From NCBI GenBank assembly GCA_963805625.1, contig CAWDVE010000020.1:1-64000 (forward strand): a DNA stretch of 64,000 nt, written 5' to 3'. Of the stretch, positions 19,518-29,373 are shown piece by piece. The notes beneath the pieces are model-generated. The model was not told the DNA's origin and ran no database searches. It saw only the letters and a program-made list of their open reading frames with translations. Both the position numbers and the translations under genes were made by a program. Every line of letters starts with the position of its first letter. Positions within the stretch are counted from its first letter, which is position 1. This DNA comes from an uncultured Candidatus Rokubacteria bacterium. GTDB lineage: Bacteria > Methylomirabilota > Methylomirabilia > Rokubacteriales > DASRDR01.

Positions 19518-20612
19518 ATGCCACCCCGCTGGCGACCGGTCCTCGCCGAGATCGTCCCCTACGTCGTGCCGCCGCCGCTCGACGCGCTCGCGGCCGAGCT
19601 GGGCCGCCCGGTGCTTCGGCTGTCCGCCAACGAGAACCCGCTCGGTCCCTCGCCGCTCGCCGTGGCCGCGATCCGCCGCGAGGCCGAGCGGATCCATCTC
19701 TACCCCGACGGCGGCGCCCCGGCGCTGGCGGAGGCCGTGGCCAGCACGCTCGGCGTCACACCGGACCAGCTGGTCTTCGGCAACGGCGGTGACGAGATCC
19801 TCACGCTCCTCGCGCGCGCCCTCCTCGACCCCGGCGACGAAGTGGTGGTGCCGGAGCCCTCGTTCGAACCGTACACGACGAGTGCCCGGCTCGCCGGCGC
19901 CAAGGTCGTGACGAGCCCGCTCCGCGATTACCGGATCGACCTCGACGACGTCCTGGCGCGCATCGGGCCGCGCACCAAGCTCGTCTGCCTGTCGAGCCCC
20001 CACAATCCGACGGGGACGGTACTCGGCCGGGCTGCGTGGGAGGGGTTCTGCGCGCGCTGCCCCGGCGACGTCCTGGTGCTCCTCGACGAGGCGTACGTCG
20101 ACTTCATCGAGGCTCCCGAGCGCGCCGCGGACGGGCTGGCGACGCTCCGGATGCGGCCCGAGAGCCTGGTGCTCCTTCGGACGTTCTCCAAGATCACCGG
20201 CCTCGCGGGGCTCCGCGTCGGCTACGCGATCGCCGGCCCGGACGTGATCGGCTCGCTCGAGCGCACGCGCGAGCCCTTTAACGTCGGCCGGGTGGCGCAG
20301 GCCGGGGCGGTGGCGGCCACGCACGACCTGGCGCATCGCGAGGCGACGCAGCGCGTGGTGTGGGCGGAGCGGCGGGCGCTGGCGGCGGCGTTCGCCGGTC
20401 GGGGGCTGTCCCACCCCCCGACCGAGGCGAACTTCTTCCTGGTGCGCCTGGGGCGACCGGCGGGCCCCGTGGTCGCGGCGCTCCGGGCCCGGGGCGTGCT
20501 GGTGCGGGACGGCGCCGCAGTGGGCTACCCGGAGCACCTTCGCATCAGCGTCGGCACTCCGGAGCAGAACGCGCGCCTGCTCGACGCGCTCGACCGAGCC
20601 CTGGCCGCCTGA
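19518..20612 (+). CDS. hisC: Histidinol-phosphate aminotransferase
   Basis: LSANENPLG, YPD, GNGGDE, PHNPTG, DEAY and RTFSKITGLAGLRVGY. Confidence 0.93.
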   Translation: MPPRWRPVLAEIVPYVVPPPLDALAAELGRPVLRLSANENPLGPSPLAVAAIRREAERIHLYPDGGAPALAEAVASTLGVTPDQLVFGNGGDEILTLLARALLDPGDEVVVPEPSFEPYTTSARLAGAKVVTSPLRDYRIDLDDVLARIGPRTKLVCLSSPHNPTGTVLGRAAWEGFCARCPGDVLVLLDEAYVDFIEAPERAADGLATLRMRPESLVLLRTFSKITGLAGLRVGYAIAGPDVIGSLERTREPFNVGRVAQAGAVAATHDLAHREATQRVVWAERRALAAAFAGRGLSHPPTEANFFLVRLGRPAGPVVAALRARGVLVRDGAAVGYPEHLRISVGTPEQNARLLDALDRALAA

Positions 20613-20629
20613 CGGCGCTCGGCGCTACG

Positions 20630-21103
20630 CTACGGCGTGCGCTTGGCCGGCGTCGGGCGACTGGCCACGGGGGTGGCCTTGGGCCGGGCCGGCGCCGCCG
20701 TCGTCACCTTCGTCGCCGCCTTCGGCTTCTCAGCCTTGGCGGCCACCGGGCGCGACGACGCGGCCTTCTCCAGGGTCACGACCCGCTCGGCGAGGGAGTC
20801 CTTCTCGGCCGAGATCGCAGCGAGCCGCTTCTGGATCAGGTCCACCTGCCGCTGGGCGTCCTCCGCCCTCAGGCGCTGCGTCTCCGCCTCGGCGCGGATC
20901 CCGTTGACCTGCGCGCCGAGCGCCTCGGCGCGCGTGGCAGCCTGGTTCCACTGGTAGCCGACGAACACGAGCGCGAGGGCGAGCACCACGCTGGCGATCG
21001 CGCCCCAGGCGCGGCGCCGCGGCTCCTCCTCGTACATCTCGTCCAGGTCGTCGTCGGACGTCTCGCGTGGTTGCGGCTTCAACTCCTGTTGGATCGTTGC
21101 CAT
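20630..21103 (-). CDS. Hypothetical bitopic membrane protein: acidic N-terminus, one TM, coiled coil, Lys/Ala/Pro-rich tail
   Basis: GAGGGAGGG RBS before ATG 21103; clear compositional segments. Confidence 0.75.
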   Translation of the reverse strand: MATIQQELKPQPRETSDDDLDEMYEEEPRRRAWGAIASVVLALALVFVGYQWNQAATRAEALGAQVNGIRAEAETQRLRAEDAQRQVDLIQKRLAAISAEKDSLAERVVTLEKAASSRPVAAKAEKPKAATKVTTAAPARPKATPVASRPTPAKRTP

Positions 21104-21234
21104 GCGTCCCTCCCTCGCGCAAAATTGTCCCACCCGTCCCAGGGAGCACCCAAAGAAATTCGCCGGTCTCGCACTCGGAAGGCTGCGTCGTGACCAGTCG
21201 CTGCGGTATAGTACGCCGCGAGGATCGGAGGCCG

Positions 21235-21798
21235 ATGATGGCGACAGGCGATCCGGCGCGGACGCCCAGCCTGGCCCGCTTCTTCGAGCGCGTCGTCCGT
21301 CAGGGGCTCGCTGACCTTCGACTCGGGGGGCCGGCCGAAGGGGCCTACCTCGCCGCGCTGCTCACCCGATTCGGGCGCACGGACGAGCTCTACGCGATCC
21401 GGGACACGGCCGGGCGGCCGCTCGACTCGGTGGCGGCGCTCCTGATCGAGGCCGAGCGCGCCTGGGACTTCCAGGCGCCGGACTTCGATCCCTTCCGGGA
21501 GCGGCGAATCCGTCAGCACGTGGGCGACTACGCATTGTTCATGACCGGTCTGTTCCGGGAGCACGTCGAGCGCCGGGTGGGGGCCGCCTACTATGTGCGG
21601 CAAGGGCAGCGCGCCTACCAGGCCGTCGCCGACTTCGAGCGATCGGCCCTCCGGCCGGAGGCACGGCTGTTCTCGACCCTGGCCGCGGGGTTCGAGCGCT
21701 ACGCCGCGGCGCTCGCCTACTTGAAGCGCGTGTACTTCTGCCCCGCCGACTCCCCGCCCACCTTCCAGCCCGTGCTGCGGCTCTTGACCCAATGGTAG
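21235..21798 (+). CDS. Conserved hypothetical helical protein
   Basis: GGAGG RBS; Y.A.LL..F and RQHVGDYALFMTGLF...YY...G.RAY pattern of a family I recognise but cannot name. Confidence 0.78.
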   Translation: MMATGDPARTPSLARFFERVVRQGLADLRLGGPAEGAYLAALLTRFGRTDELYAIRDTAGRPLDSVAALLIEAERAWDFQAPDFDPFRERRIRQHVGDYALFMTGLFREHVERRVGAAYYVRQGQRAYQAVADFERSALRPEARLFSTLAAGFERYAAALAYLKRVYFCPADSPPTFQPVLRLLTQW

Positions 21799-23003
21799 CC
21801 ACGGCCCTGGACGCCCTGGTGGGCGGCGAGCCCGCCGACGAGGCCGTGGAGACCGCCCTGGCCACGATCCCCGCCGGCGAGCTCGAGGCGGCGCTCGGGT
21901 GGCTCGCCCGTCAGCACGGGGCGGCCGCGCTTCCCATCCTGCGTCGCTGTTTGACCGACCGCCCGGAGCGGGCGGTCGCGGCCGCGCAGGCGCTCGGTGC
22001 GCTCCCGCTTCCCGAGGCGGCCGATTTGCTCGACGCCGTTCAGACACGCGGAACGACCAAGGCGGTGCGCACGGCCGCGCGGCGGGCGCTTTACCGGCTC
22101 CGCCAGGCCGGCGTTGATCGCCGCCCGACGACCTCGCCACCCGCGACGCCTCGGATCGGGCTCGGGGAGGCGTGGGTGTCCGCGGTCGATGGCACCGGCG
22201 GCCGGGGCCTCTGGCTCACCCTCGCGGGTCCCTATGGGGAGCGAACGCTCCTCGCAGCGATGCTCTCGGACGAGACCGGCCTCATCGACTTTTCCTCGGG
22301 CGCGCTCCCGAAGAAGCGAGTTGAGGAGCGCCTTCAGGCCCTGCGCGCCGAGAGTCCCCTCCCCTGGGTGGCGGTCCCGGCGCGCTGGGCCTGGGCGACC
22401 CTCGTGGCGGCCGCGAAGCGCGTCGGCGCCGCGGGCGGCACCGTACCCGCGGAGCTCGGCCTGTGGATCGAGCGGCTCGGCACGCCCGCCGCCGAGCCGG
22501 CTCCCATCCACGCGCGGCTGCCAGCCGCGGCCGCCGAGGATCCTACCCGCCTCGAACGCTCCGCGGCCCTCCTTGCCCTCCCCGAGCTGACGGGTTGGTT
22601 CCTGGATCCGGCGAGCGTGTCGAGCGAGTCCCTGGAATGGCTCCAGGCTCGGGAGAGTCGCCTCGTCGTCAGCGACCAGATCAAGGCCGAGCGGCTCGCC
22701 GCGCTCATCGACCGGATCATCGAGACCCGCTTCGATGCGCCCGCCCGGCGCCTCTGGCAGGGGCGCCTCGAGGACCAGGCCTACGTCCTCCTCGCGCTCG
22801 GGCAGGCGCCGGAAGCCGCGAGCGCGGTCGCGGTCGCCCGTGCGCTCGCGGACCCGGGGGAGGACCTCCGACGCATTCCCTTCCTGCGGGCGCTGGTCGA
22901 ACGAAGCCTCGAGATCGCGGGCGAGGTAGCCACCGGCCGGCTCTCCTCCGAGGCGGCGAGCCGGGCGCCTCGGGCCCGGGCCGCGCCGGCCCGCGGCGGT
23001 TAG
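21792..23003 (+). CDS. Hypothetical protein with a HEAT-like N-terminus
   Basis: 403 aa coupled to the previous gene; AARRALYRLRQ, SAVDGTG and PEL.GW segments. Confidence 0.75.
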   Translation: MVATALDALVGGEPADEAVETALATIPAGELEAALGWLARQHGAAALPILRRCLTDRPERAVAAAQALGALPLPEAADLLDAVQTRGTTKAVRTAARRALYRLRQAGVDRRPTTSPPATPRIGLGEAWVSAVDGTGGRGLWLTLAGPYGERTLLAAMLSDETGLIDFSSGALPKKRVEERLQALRAESPLPWVAVPARWAWATLVAAAKRVGAAGGTVPAELGLWIERLGTPAAEPAPIHARLPAAAAEDPTRLERSAALLALPELTGWFLDPASVSSESLEWLQARESRLVVSDQIKAERLAALIDRIIETRFDAPARRLWQGRLEDQAYVLLALGQAPEAASAVAVARALADPGEDLRRIPFLRALVERSLEIAGEVATGRLSSEAASRAPRARAAPARGG

Positions 23004-23993
23004 GTGGGCGCTCTCACTGATGTCGCCGGGCTCCTGGTCGGCCACGCCGCCGACCTCGTCGGACTCACCGGGTGCACCGCGGTGCTCTGCCCCGCCGGCG
23101 CGGTGGCCGCCGTGGAGGTGCGCGGTGGCGCCTCGGGTGTCCTCGGCCTCGACTTCCTGGCCCCCGGTCACATCGCCACGCGCGTCCACGGCGCCGTCCT
23201 CGCGGGAGGGAGCGCCTTCGGGCTCGAGGCGTGCTTCGGCGTCATGGCGCACCTCGAGGCACGCGGGATCGGCCTCCCCACCGCGGGCGGCGTCGTGCCG
23301 CTGGTCGTCGGGGCCATCCTCTACGACCTCGCGGTGGGAGCACGGGACGTCCGGCCCGACCGCGGCATGGGCGCACGCGCCGCAGCCCAGGCGGCGAGCG
23401 GCCCCGTCGCGGAAGGCTCGGTCGGCGCGGGCGCCGGCGCGTCCGTCGGCAAGGCGTTCGGTCTGGCGCGCGCCATGAAGGGCGGACTCGGCACGGCGAG
23501 CCGTCAGGTCGGCACGGCCACCGTGGGGGCACTGGTCGCCGTCAACGCGTTCGGTGACGTGCGGGATCCGGCGACCGGGGCCCTCCTGGCCGGAGCGCGC
23601 GACGCCCCCGCCGGTCACCGCCTGGTGGACACGGCCCGCCAGCTCCGCGAGGGCCGCATCACCCCGGGGTTCCGCCAGACGCACACCACCATCGGCATCG
23701 TCGCCACCGACGTGCCGCTCGATGGCGCCGAGGCGCGCCGCGTGGCCGCACTCGCGCACCTCGGGCTCGCCGCGGCGCTGTCGCCTCCGCATCTCAGCGT
23801 GGACGGCGACGCCCTCTTTTGCCTCGCGACGGGTTCGGGCGCGCGCGCCGACGCGCCCTCCGCCGATACCCTCGGGCTCGTCGCGGCGGACTGCGTGGCC
23901 GAGGCCATCGTCCGAGCGATTCGCACCGCGGCCGCGCTCGGCGGGCTGCCGGCCTGGCGCGACCTCGTCGCCGACTCGGGCCAGGACGCCTGA
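23004..23993 (+). CDS. P1 family (DmpA/S58) aminopeptidase
   Basis: LTDV.G..VGH, TGCT, GGSAFGL, EGSVGAG.GA, VNAFGDV, HTTIG.VAT and DGD.LF. Confidence 0.92.
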   Translation: MGALTDVAGLLVGHAADLVGLTGCTAVLCPAGAVAAVEVRGGASGVLGLDFLAPGHIATRVHGAVLAGGSAFGLEACFGVMAHLEARGIGLPTAGGVVPLVVGAILYDLAVGARDVRPDRGMGARAAAQAASGPVAEGSVGAGAGASVGKAFGLARAMKGGLGTASRQVGTATVGALVAVNAFGDVRDPATGALLAGARDAPAGHRLVDTARQLREGRITPGFRQTHTTIGIVATDVPLDGAEARRVAALAHLGLAAALSPPHLSVDGDALFCLATGSGARADAPSADTLGLVAADCVAEAIVRAIRTAAALGGLPAWRDLVADSGQDA

Positions 23994-24015
23994 GAGACAG
24001 GCGGAGGCTCGCCGC

Positions 24016-24309
24016 GTGGCTGGCCGCGTGATCCCGTTCCCATCCCGTGCCCCCGAGCCGCCGGAACCGGACAATGAGCGTGGGTTCGAGGAGCTGACCC
24101 GCGTGGGCGACCAGGCGGAGGCGCTCGTCGTCCGCGGCCTCCTCGAGGCGCATGGGATCGAGGTGCTCCTGCGCAGCCAGGTCACGCCCTCCGTCTATCC
24201 GTTCTCGGTGGGCGAGCAGGGCGCCGTCCAAGTACTCGTCCGCCGCGAGTCGCTCGCAGCGAGCCGCCTCCTCCTCGCCCGGGTCACCCCGGGCCCGTCC
24301 TTTCCGTAG
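24016..24309 (+). CDS. DUF2007-type (PII-like) small protein
   Basis: EALVVRGLLEAHGIEV...VQVLV motif. Confidence 0.8.
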   Translation: MAGRVIPFPSRAPEPPEPDNERGFEELTRVGDQAEALVVRGLLEAHGIEVLLRSQVTPSVYPFSVGEQGAVQVLVRRESLAASRLLLARVTPGPSFP

Positions 24310-24398
24310 GTCCTCACTAGCCAGCATCTCCTCCCGGGATGAAGTGCAAAGCGAACCGCGGATGGCGCTTTCAGCCAGCGCACCGGAGGAATGTCCTG

Positions 24399-24818
24399 GT
24401 GAGACCCGTGTGTGACCTTCTCGATTGGCATCTCCTGGCGATGGTCGCGCTCGTCGTCGCTCAAATGTTCCTCACCGGCCCCCGCGCCGCACTGGCACAT
24501 GCGCGCTTGGTCCGCGCGACCCCGGCCAACCAGGCAAGGCTGGCCGCACCCCCGGAACGCGTCGAGCTGTGGTTCAGCGAGCTGCTCGAGGACGGATTCA
24601 ACTCGGTGGAGGTCGTCCGGGCCGCCGAGGTCACCGCGAAGCCGCGCACCAACCTGGCGCGAGACGTCCCGACGGTCGACCGCGACGACCGGACGCGCAT
24701 GACGGTCCCCGTCCAGGAGCTTGGCCCGGGCGACTATGCCGTGGAATGGCGGGTGCTGTCTCGCGACGGGCACACCGCGGCCGGGCGCTTCACGTTCCGG
24801 GTGCAGACCGCGAGATGA
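24399..24818 (+). CDS. copC: Copper resistance protein CopC
   Basis: Signal peptide then mature N-terminal His (AHARL); F.E and Y.V.WRVLS.DGH; start inferred from GGAGG. Confidence 0.9.
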   Translation: MRPVCDLLDWHLLAMVALVVAQMFLTGPRAALAHARLVRATPANQARLAAPPERVELWFSELLEDGFNSVEVVRAAEVTAKPRTNLARDVPTVDRDDRTRMTVPVQELGPGDYAVEWRVLSRDGHTAAGRFTFRVQTAR

Positions 24819-24833
24819 GCGCGGCCTGACTCG

Positions 24834-26483
24834 ATGGAGCACTCGCTCCTCCACGCTCTCCAGCTAGCGGGGCTGATCGTCGCGCTCGGCGGTCCCATCT
24901 TCATCCTCGGACTCCTGAGTCCCGCGTGTCGGCGGCTGGGGCCGGAACCCGCACGCGAGCGCTTGGCCGGCGCCCTGTCGGACGGCGTCGCCCGCTGGGT
25001 GGCGGCCGGGGCGCTGACCGCGGGTCTAGCGACGTTCCTCGATCTCTTCGTACACGCGGCCGAGATCCAGGGACAGACGCCGTTCGGCGGCGTCGAGCTG
25101 GCGCTCGTCGGCCGCTTCGCGACGGGGACCACCTTCGGGCAGCTGGCGCTGGTGCGCATCGCCTGTCTAGTGCTGGCGGCGGCGGTGACCCGGCTGCGCG
25201 GCCCACACAGGTGGGGTGTCATCGCCGTGCTCGGCGCCGGCGCCCTGGGGTGCACGGGCCTCACCGGTCACGCCGCTGCCCAGCCCACCGGGCGTATCCC
25301 GGCGATCGCGTCGCAGCTCGTGCACCTCGGCGCCGCGGCGGTGTGGATCGGTGTCCTCGCGCACCTCCTCGCGGCGCGAGCCACCATCACCGAGCACACG
25401 AGCTCGCCGTGTCTGGCTCTGCTCGCCGCGATCGTCCGGCGCGCCGCGCCGGTGGCCCTGGCGGCCGCGTCTCTGCTGCTCGCCTCGGGCGTCTACGCAG
25501 CGGTGCGCTATCTCCACACGCCGCTGGACCTGGTGACCTCCGCCTACGGCCTGACGCTGTCGGTCAAGATGGTAATGGTGCTCCCGGTGCTGGTGGCTGG
25601 CTCCATCAACCATCGCATCGTCCGGCCCAATCTCCTGCAGCTGGCCAGCACACCAGGGCTCGCCGCGAGTGAAGCGGTGCCGTGGGTCCAGCGCTTCGGC
25701 AGGATGCTCGAGCTCGAGGTGACGGCCGGGGTGCTGGTCGTCACGATCGCCGGCATCGTCGGATCGATCTCCCCGCCCGGCGGGGACGGCTCGCTGCGGC
25801 TGACGCCGCGGCAGCTCGACGCGGTGCTGACACCGGTGTTGCCGCGCACGACGCTGGTCGACCCGTCGCACTTCGTGGGGGCCGCCACGCGCACGACCGA
25901 GGACCTGCGCTATGCCGAGCTCATGCACAACTGGTCCGGCGTCTTTGTCATGGCGCTCGGACTACTCTGGCTCGCGCAGGGCCTCGGCGGGCGCAGCGGG
26001 AGGTTGGCAGCACGGGTGTGGCCGCTCCTGCTGGTGCCGCTCGCGGTGTTCATCGCCATCTTTGCCGATCCTGAGGTGTGGGTGCTGCGCGCCGTCACCT
26101 TTCGCGAGGCGATCGGTGATCCGAGCGTCGTCGAGCACCAGATCGGCGCGGTGCTCGTGCTGGTGCTGGCCTGGCTCGGCTGGCGCGACCGGCGGCGTCC
26201 GCCACGCGAGCGGCCACTGGGGCCGGCGCTGCCCGTCCTGATGATCGCGGGGAGTCTACTGTTGCTAGGCCACGCCCACGCCGGCGTGCGGTCGACGGAG
26301 GAGCTCGGCACGCTGATCAACGTGCAGCACGGCGTGCTCGGCGCCCTCGGGCTGCTCGCCGGCACGGTGCGCTGGCTGAGCCTGCGCGGGATCTTCCCCG
26401 AGCGTCCCGCCGGGATCCTCTGGCCGCTACTCGTAACGGCGCTCGGGCTCTTCCTGACCTTCTGCTACCGCGAGATCACGTGA
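24834..26483 (+). CDS. copD: CopD-family copper transport membrane protein with a His-rich C-terminal TM extension
   Basis: TGHAAA, HL...AVWIG and SAYG..L.VK CopD motifs; follows copC. Confidence 0.85.
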   Translation: MEHSLLHALQLAGLIVALGGPIFILGLLSPACRRLGPEPARERLAGALSDGVARWVAAGALTAGLATFLDLFVHAAEIQGQTPFGGVELALVGRFATGTTFGQLALVRIACLVLAAAVTRLRGPHRWGVIAVLGAGALGCTGLTGHAAAQPTGRIPAIASQLVHLGAAAVWIGVLAHLLAARATITEHTSSPCLALLAAIVRRAAPVALAAASLLLASGVYAAVRYLHTPLDLVTSAYGLTLSVKMVMVLPVLVAGSINHRIVRPNLLQLASTPGLAASEAVPWVQRFGRMLELEVTAGVLVVTIAGIVGSISPPGGDGSLRLTPRQLDAVLTPVLPRTTLVDPSHFVGAATRTTEDLRYAELMHNWSGVFVMALGLLWLAQGLGGRSGRLAARVWPLLLVPLAVFIAIFADPEVWVLRAVTFREAIGDPSVVEHQIGAVLVLVLAWLGWRDRRRPPRERPLGPALPVLMIAGSLLLLGHAHAGVRSTEELGTLINVQHGVLGALGLLAGTVRWLSLRGIFPERPAGILWPLLVTALGLFLTFCYREIT

Positions 26484-26550
26484 CGTCATGATCCGGACCA
26501 GCACCGGCTGTAAACCGCGTGCCGAGCGAGGACCTCGCGCCGGACCGACT

Positions 26551-27522
26551 TCACCCGGCACCGCCGTCGAGGGTCCGCACGAGGGCCTCGAGCGCCTGCT
26601 CCACAGCGGCCAGCGTCGGTAGCTCGAGCGTCTCCGGGAGGTCGTGGACGGTGTGATAGGTCGTGAAGGGTGACGGGCGGCGGGCGGGCGGAATCAGGAT
26701 GCCGCGCACGCCGCCGTAGATGAACGCCCGCAAGGCTTCCATCGCTGCCTGCGGGACGGCCGTCAGCCCGACGCCCGGCACGCCCCGGTCGGCGAACGGC
26801 CGGTGATCGCTCGCGAAGAAGGGCACCGGCGCGGCGAGGTGATACGTCTCGTCCCGGCGGTAGCCGAGGGCCTCCACGACCGCGATGAAGGCGCGGACGA
26901 GCGGCGTCCCCTCGAGCGCGGGCGTCACGTCCCAGAGCGCAAGGCTGTCTCCGATGCCGCAGAGCTCGAGGCTCACCACCCCGATGAGGTCTCCCGGGTA
27001 AGTCCGTCGCGCGTACACGCGTGAGCCCAGCATCGCGCGCTCCTCGCCTCCGAAGAAGGCGAGCCGCACGCGGAGCCGGCGCGGCGGATCGGCGACGAGC
27101 CGGGCGCCGAGAGCCCGCAGGATGCCCACGGCCGCGGCGTTGTCGTTGGCGCCGGGACTGCCCGGGACGGCATCGTGATGGGCCGCGAGCATGAGCGTCC
27201 GGGGTCCGCGCCCGAGATCCACGAGGAGATTGACCCCCGCGCCTTCGATCGTTCGATACGGATGGCGGCGGACCGGCAGGCCGGTCGCGAGCAGCACGGC
27301 CTCGGTCAGCTGGACCCGCTCCCGGTTGGACCGCCACGCGAGGAGGTTCGCCATGTCGCGCGGCGTGGCCGCGGACAGCCGGCGATACTCGGGGAGGTCG
27401 AGCAGGGGCGCCGAGGGCCGGTCCCTGCGGCGGTTCATGAGCCGCGCGGCCGTGACGTTCAGGGCGCCGCCCACGGCGCGGCGAAGGCCCAGCCGCCAGC
27501 GCCGCGCGCGCTCCGACGTCAC
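26551..27522 (-). CDS. M28 family metallopeptidase
   Basis: AHHD, GANDNA, GEE, SDH and YHT.HD zinc-ligand motifs; GTG start overlaps the tatD stop. Confidence 0.9.
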   Translation of the reverse strand: MTSERARRWRLGLRRAVGGALNVTAARLMNRRRDRPSAPLLDLPEYRRLSAATPRDMANLLAWRSNRERVQLTEAVLLATGLPVRRHPYRTIEGAGVNLLVDLGRGPRTLMLAAHHDAVPGSPGANDNAAAVGILRALGARLVADPPRRLRVRLAFFGGEERAMLGSRVYARRTYPGDLIGVVSLELCGIGDSLALWDVTPALEGTPLVRAFIAVVEALGYRRDETYHLAAPVPFFASDHRPFADRGVPGVGLTAVPQAAMEALRAFIYGGVRGILIPPARRPSPFTTYHTVHDLPETLELPTLAAVEQALEALVRTLDGGAG

Positions 27523-28325
27523 GCGGAGGACGCCAGCGGGCCGGGCCGGAGCGGCGGAAGCGCAAGGAGGCGCGCGGCGTTCGCGCTCGTCGCCGCTGCC
27601 AGCGTCCCGATCGGCACGCCCAGGAGCTCCGCCACGCGCGCGGCGGTAACCGGCAAGTATGCCGGCTCGTTGCGCTGACCGCGCCAGGGCTGGGGCGGAA
27701 GGTACGGGCAATCCGTCTCGACCACGAGACGGTCGAGCGGGAGCGCCCGCACCACCTCGGCGAGCCGGCGCGCGCTCGGGTAGGTCACCGGGCCCGCGAT
27801 CGAGATCAGGAGCCCGAGGCCGAGGCCGCGCCGCGCCACCTCGAGGTTTCCCGAGAAGCAGTGAAGGATCCCGCCGACTCTGGCGACCCCCTCGGCCTCG
27901 CAGACGTCGAGGAGATCCGTGTGCGCCTCCCGGCAATGGAGCAGGACGGGTTTCCCGACGGCCCGCGCCAGCCGGAGCTGGGCGACGAGCGCGGTCCGCT
28001 GGGTGGCCCGGGGCGAGAGGTCGCGGTAGTAGTCGAGCCCGATCTCGCCGATCGCGACGACCCGCGGCGCGCGCGCGAGCGCGGCGATCCGCTCGAGGCT
28101 CGCCTGATCCGCCGTGCTGGCGTCGTGCGGATGGATGCCGACGGCGGCATATATGTCGGGCTCCGCCGCGGCGAGGGCGGCCGCCGCCACGGAGGTGCCC
28201 TCGTCCGTCCCGATCGTGAGGAAGCCCGCCACGCCGGCCGTCCGCGCCCGCGCGAGCACGGGGGCCCGGTCGGCGTCGAACGCGGGGTCGTGGAGGTGGG
28301 CGTGCGTGTCGAACAGCACGGTCAC
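27519..28325 (-). CDS. tatD: TatD family hydrolase
   Basis: DTHAH, GIHPH, GEIGLDY, HCRE, HCFSG and ETDCPYL. Confidence 0.95.
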   Translation of the reverse strand: MTVLFDTHAHLHDPAFDADRAPVLARARTAGVAGFLTIGTDEGTSVAAAALAAAEPDIYAAVGIHPHDASTADQASLERIAALARAPRVVAIGEIGLDYYRDLSPRATQRTALVAQLRLARAVGKPVLLHCREAHTDLLDVCEAEGVARVGGILHCFSGNLEVARRGLGLGLLISIAGPVTYPSARRLAEVVRALPLDRLVVETDCPYLPPQPWRGQRNEPAYLPVTAARVAELLGVPIGTLAAATSANAARLLALPPLRPGPLASSA

Positions 28326-29356
28326 CCGTCGACGCGGAAGCGGAGGCGGCCGATCAGCTGGCCGGAGGCCGTCACCACGTCCACCGTCCAGCGGCCCTGG
28401 GCATCGGGCGGGAAGTCCGTCTTCCGGGAGTAGGTGCGGAAGCCGCCCCGCCGGCCGCCCTGCACCGGCGTGGTGAGCCGCACCGTCGAGACCACGCGCC
28501 CCTCGTGGCGCCATCGGTGCTCGATCGCCTGGTGCAGGGCCGCGGGTGCCGCGACCGGCGTGAACGCGGTCAGCCCGCCCCACGCGCGGAGCTCGGTCAT
28601 GGAGACCCGCGCCACCGGCTCGACCGGTTCCAGGTCGGCCACGGTGCGGGCAAGCGTGGGGTGGACCAGGCTCACCGGCGCGGGCGGCACGGCCGGCCGC
28701 GCAATCCACGCCGCCCCGACGGCCAGCAGGGCGACCGTGGCCGCCCGCGCGGCGGCGGGCCCCCAGCGGCCCGCGCGCCGGAAGAACGTCGGCGTCAGAC
28801 CGAGGGCCCCGAGGGCGGCGCTCAGGACCACCGCGCCCGCCGGCGGGACGCCCACGAGCGGAAGCGCTACGTTGAGCCCCGCGAAGAGCGAGAAGCCGAA
28901 GAAGGTGAGGCCGAGCCACGGCCGCGGGTGCACCACCGCGCGGTACCAGGGATCGACCGTGGTCAGGAGGGCCGCCGCCGCCAGCACCGCGAAGAACCCG
29001 ACCGTGATGCCGTCGAACGTCGTGCTCGCGAAGTAGCCCGGGAGGACGAACAGGAGGAGCCCGTGGTAGAGGGTCTGAATCGTGTAGTCGCCGGCGGCGA
29101 CGACCAGACGTCGCCCTCCGGCCAGGAGCGCGTCGCGGGTCTGGCTCAGCACGGCGAAGAGGAGCCAGAGGCCCAGGACGTAGCCGATGATCCAGTTCAC
29201 GTGCGGCACCCCGCGCCGGAAGATCAGCAGCGTCACGAGGCCCGAGGCGAGCGACGCGAGCGAGATCCCCCACCGACGGAGGAACGTCCGCCAGGTGCCC
29301 CCGTCCGCCAGGGCGATCGTGCGCTGTCGGAGTAGCGGGTCCACCGAGCTGGACAC
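28322..29356 (-). CDS. Membrane protein with a C-terminal DUF2914-type domain
   Basis: Multiple TMs, then H.W, GGR..GFRTYSRK and GRW.VDV.T..GQLIG. Confidence 0.85.
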   Translation of the reverse strand: MSSSVDPLLRQRTIALADGGTWRTFLRRWGISLASLASGLVTLLIFRRGVPHVNWIIGYVLGLWLLFAVLSQTRDALLAGGRRLVVAAGDYTIQTLYHGLLLFVLPGYFASTTFDGITVGFFAVLAAAALLTTVDPWYRAVVHPRPWLGLTFFGFSLFAGLNVALPLVGVPPAGAVVLSAALGALGLTPTFFRRAGRWGPAAARAATVALLAVGAAWIARPAVPPAPVSLVHPTLARTVADLEPVEPVARVSMTELRAWGGLTAFTPVAAPAALHQAIEHRWRHEGRVVSTVRLTTPVQGGRRGGFRTYSRKTDFPPDAQGRWTVDVVTASGQLIGRLRFRVDG

Positions 29357-29373
29357 GGGAGCGCGCGCGGGAT

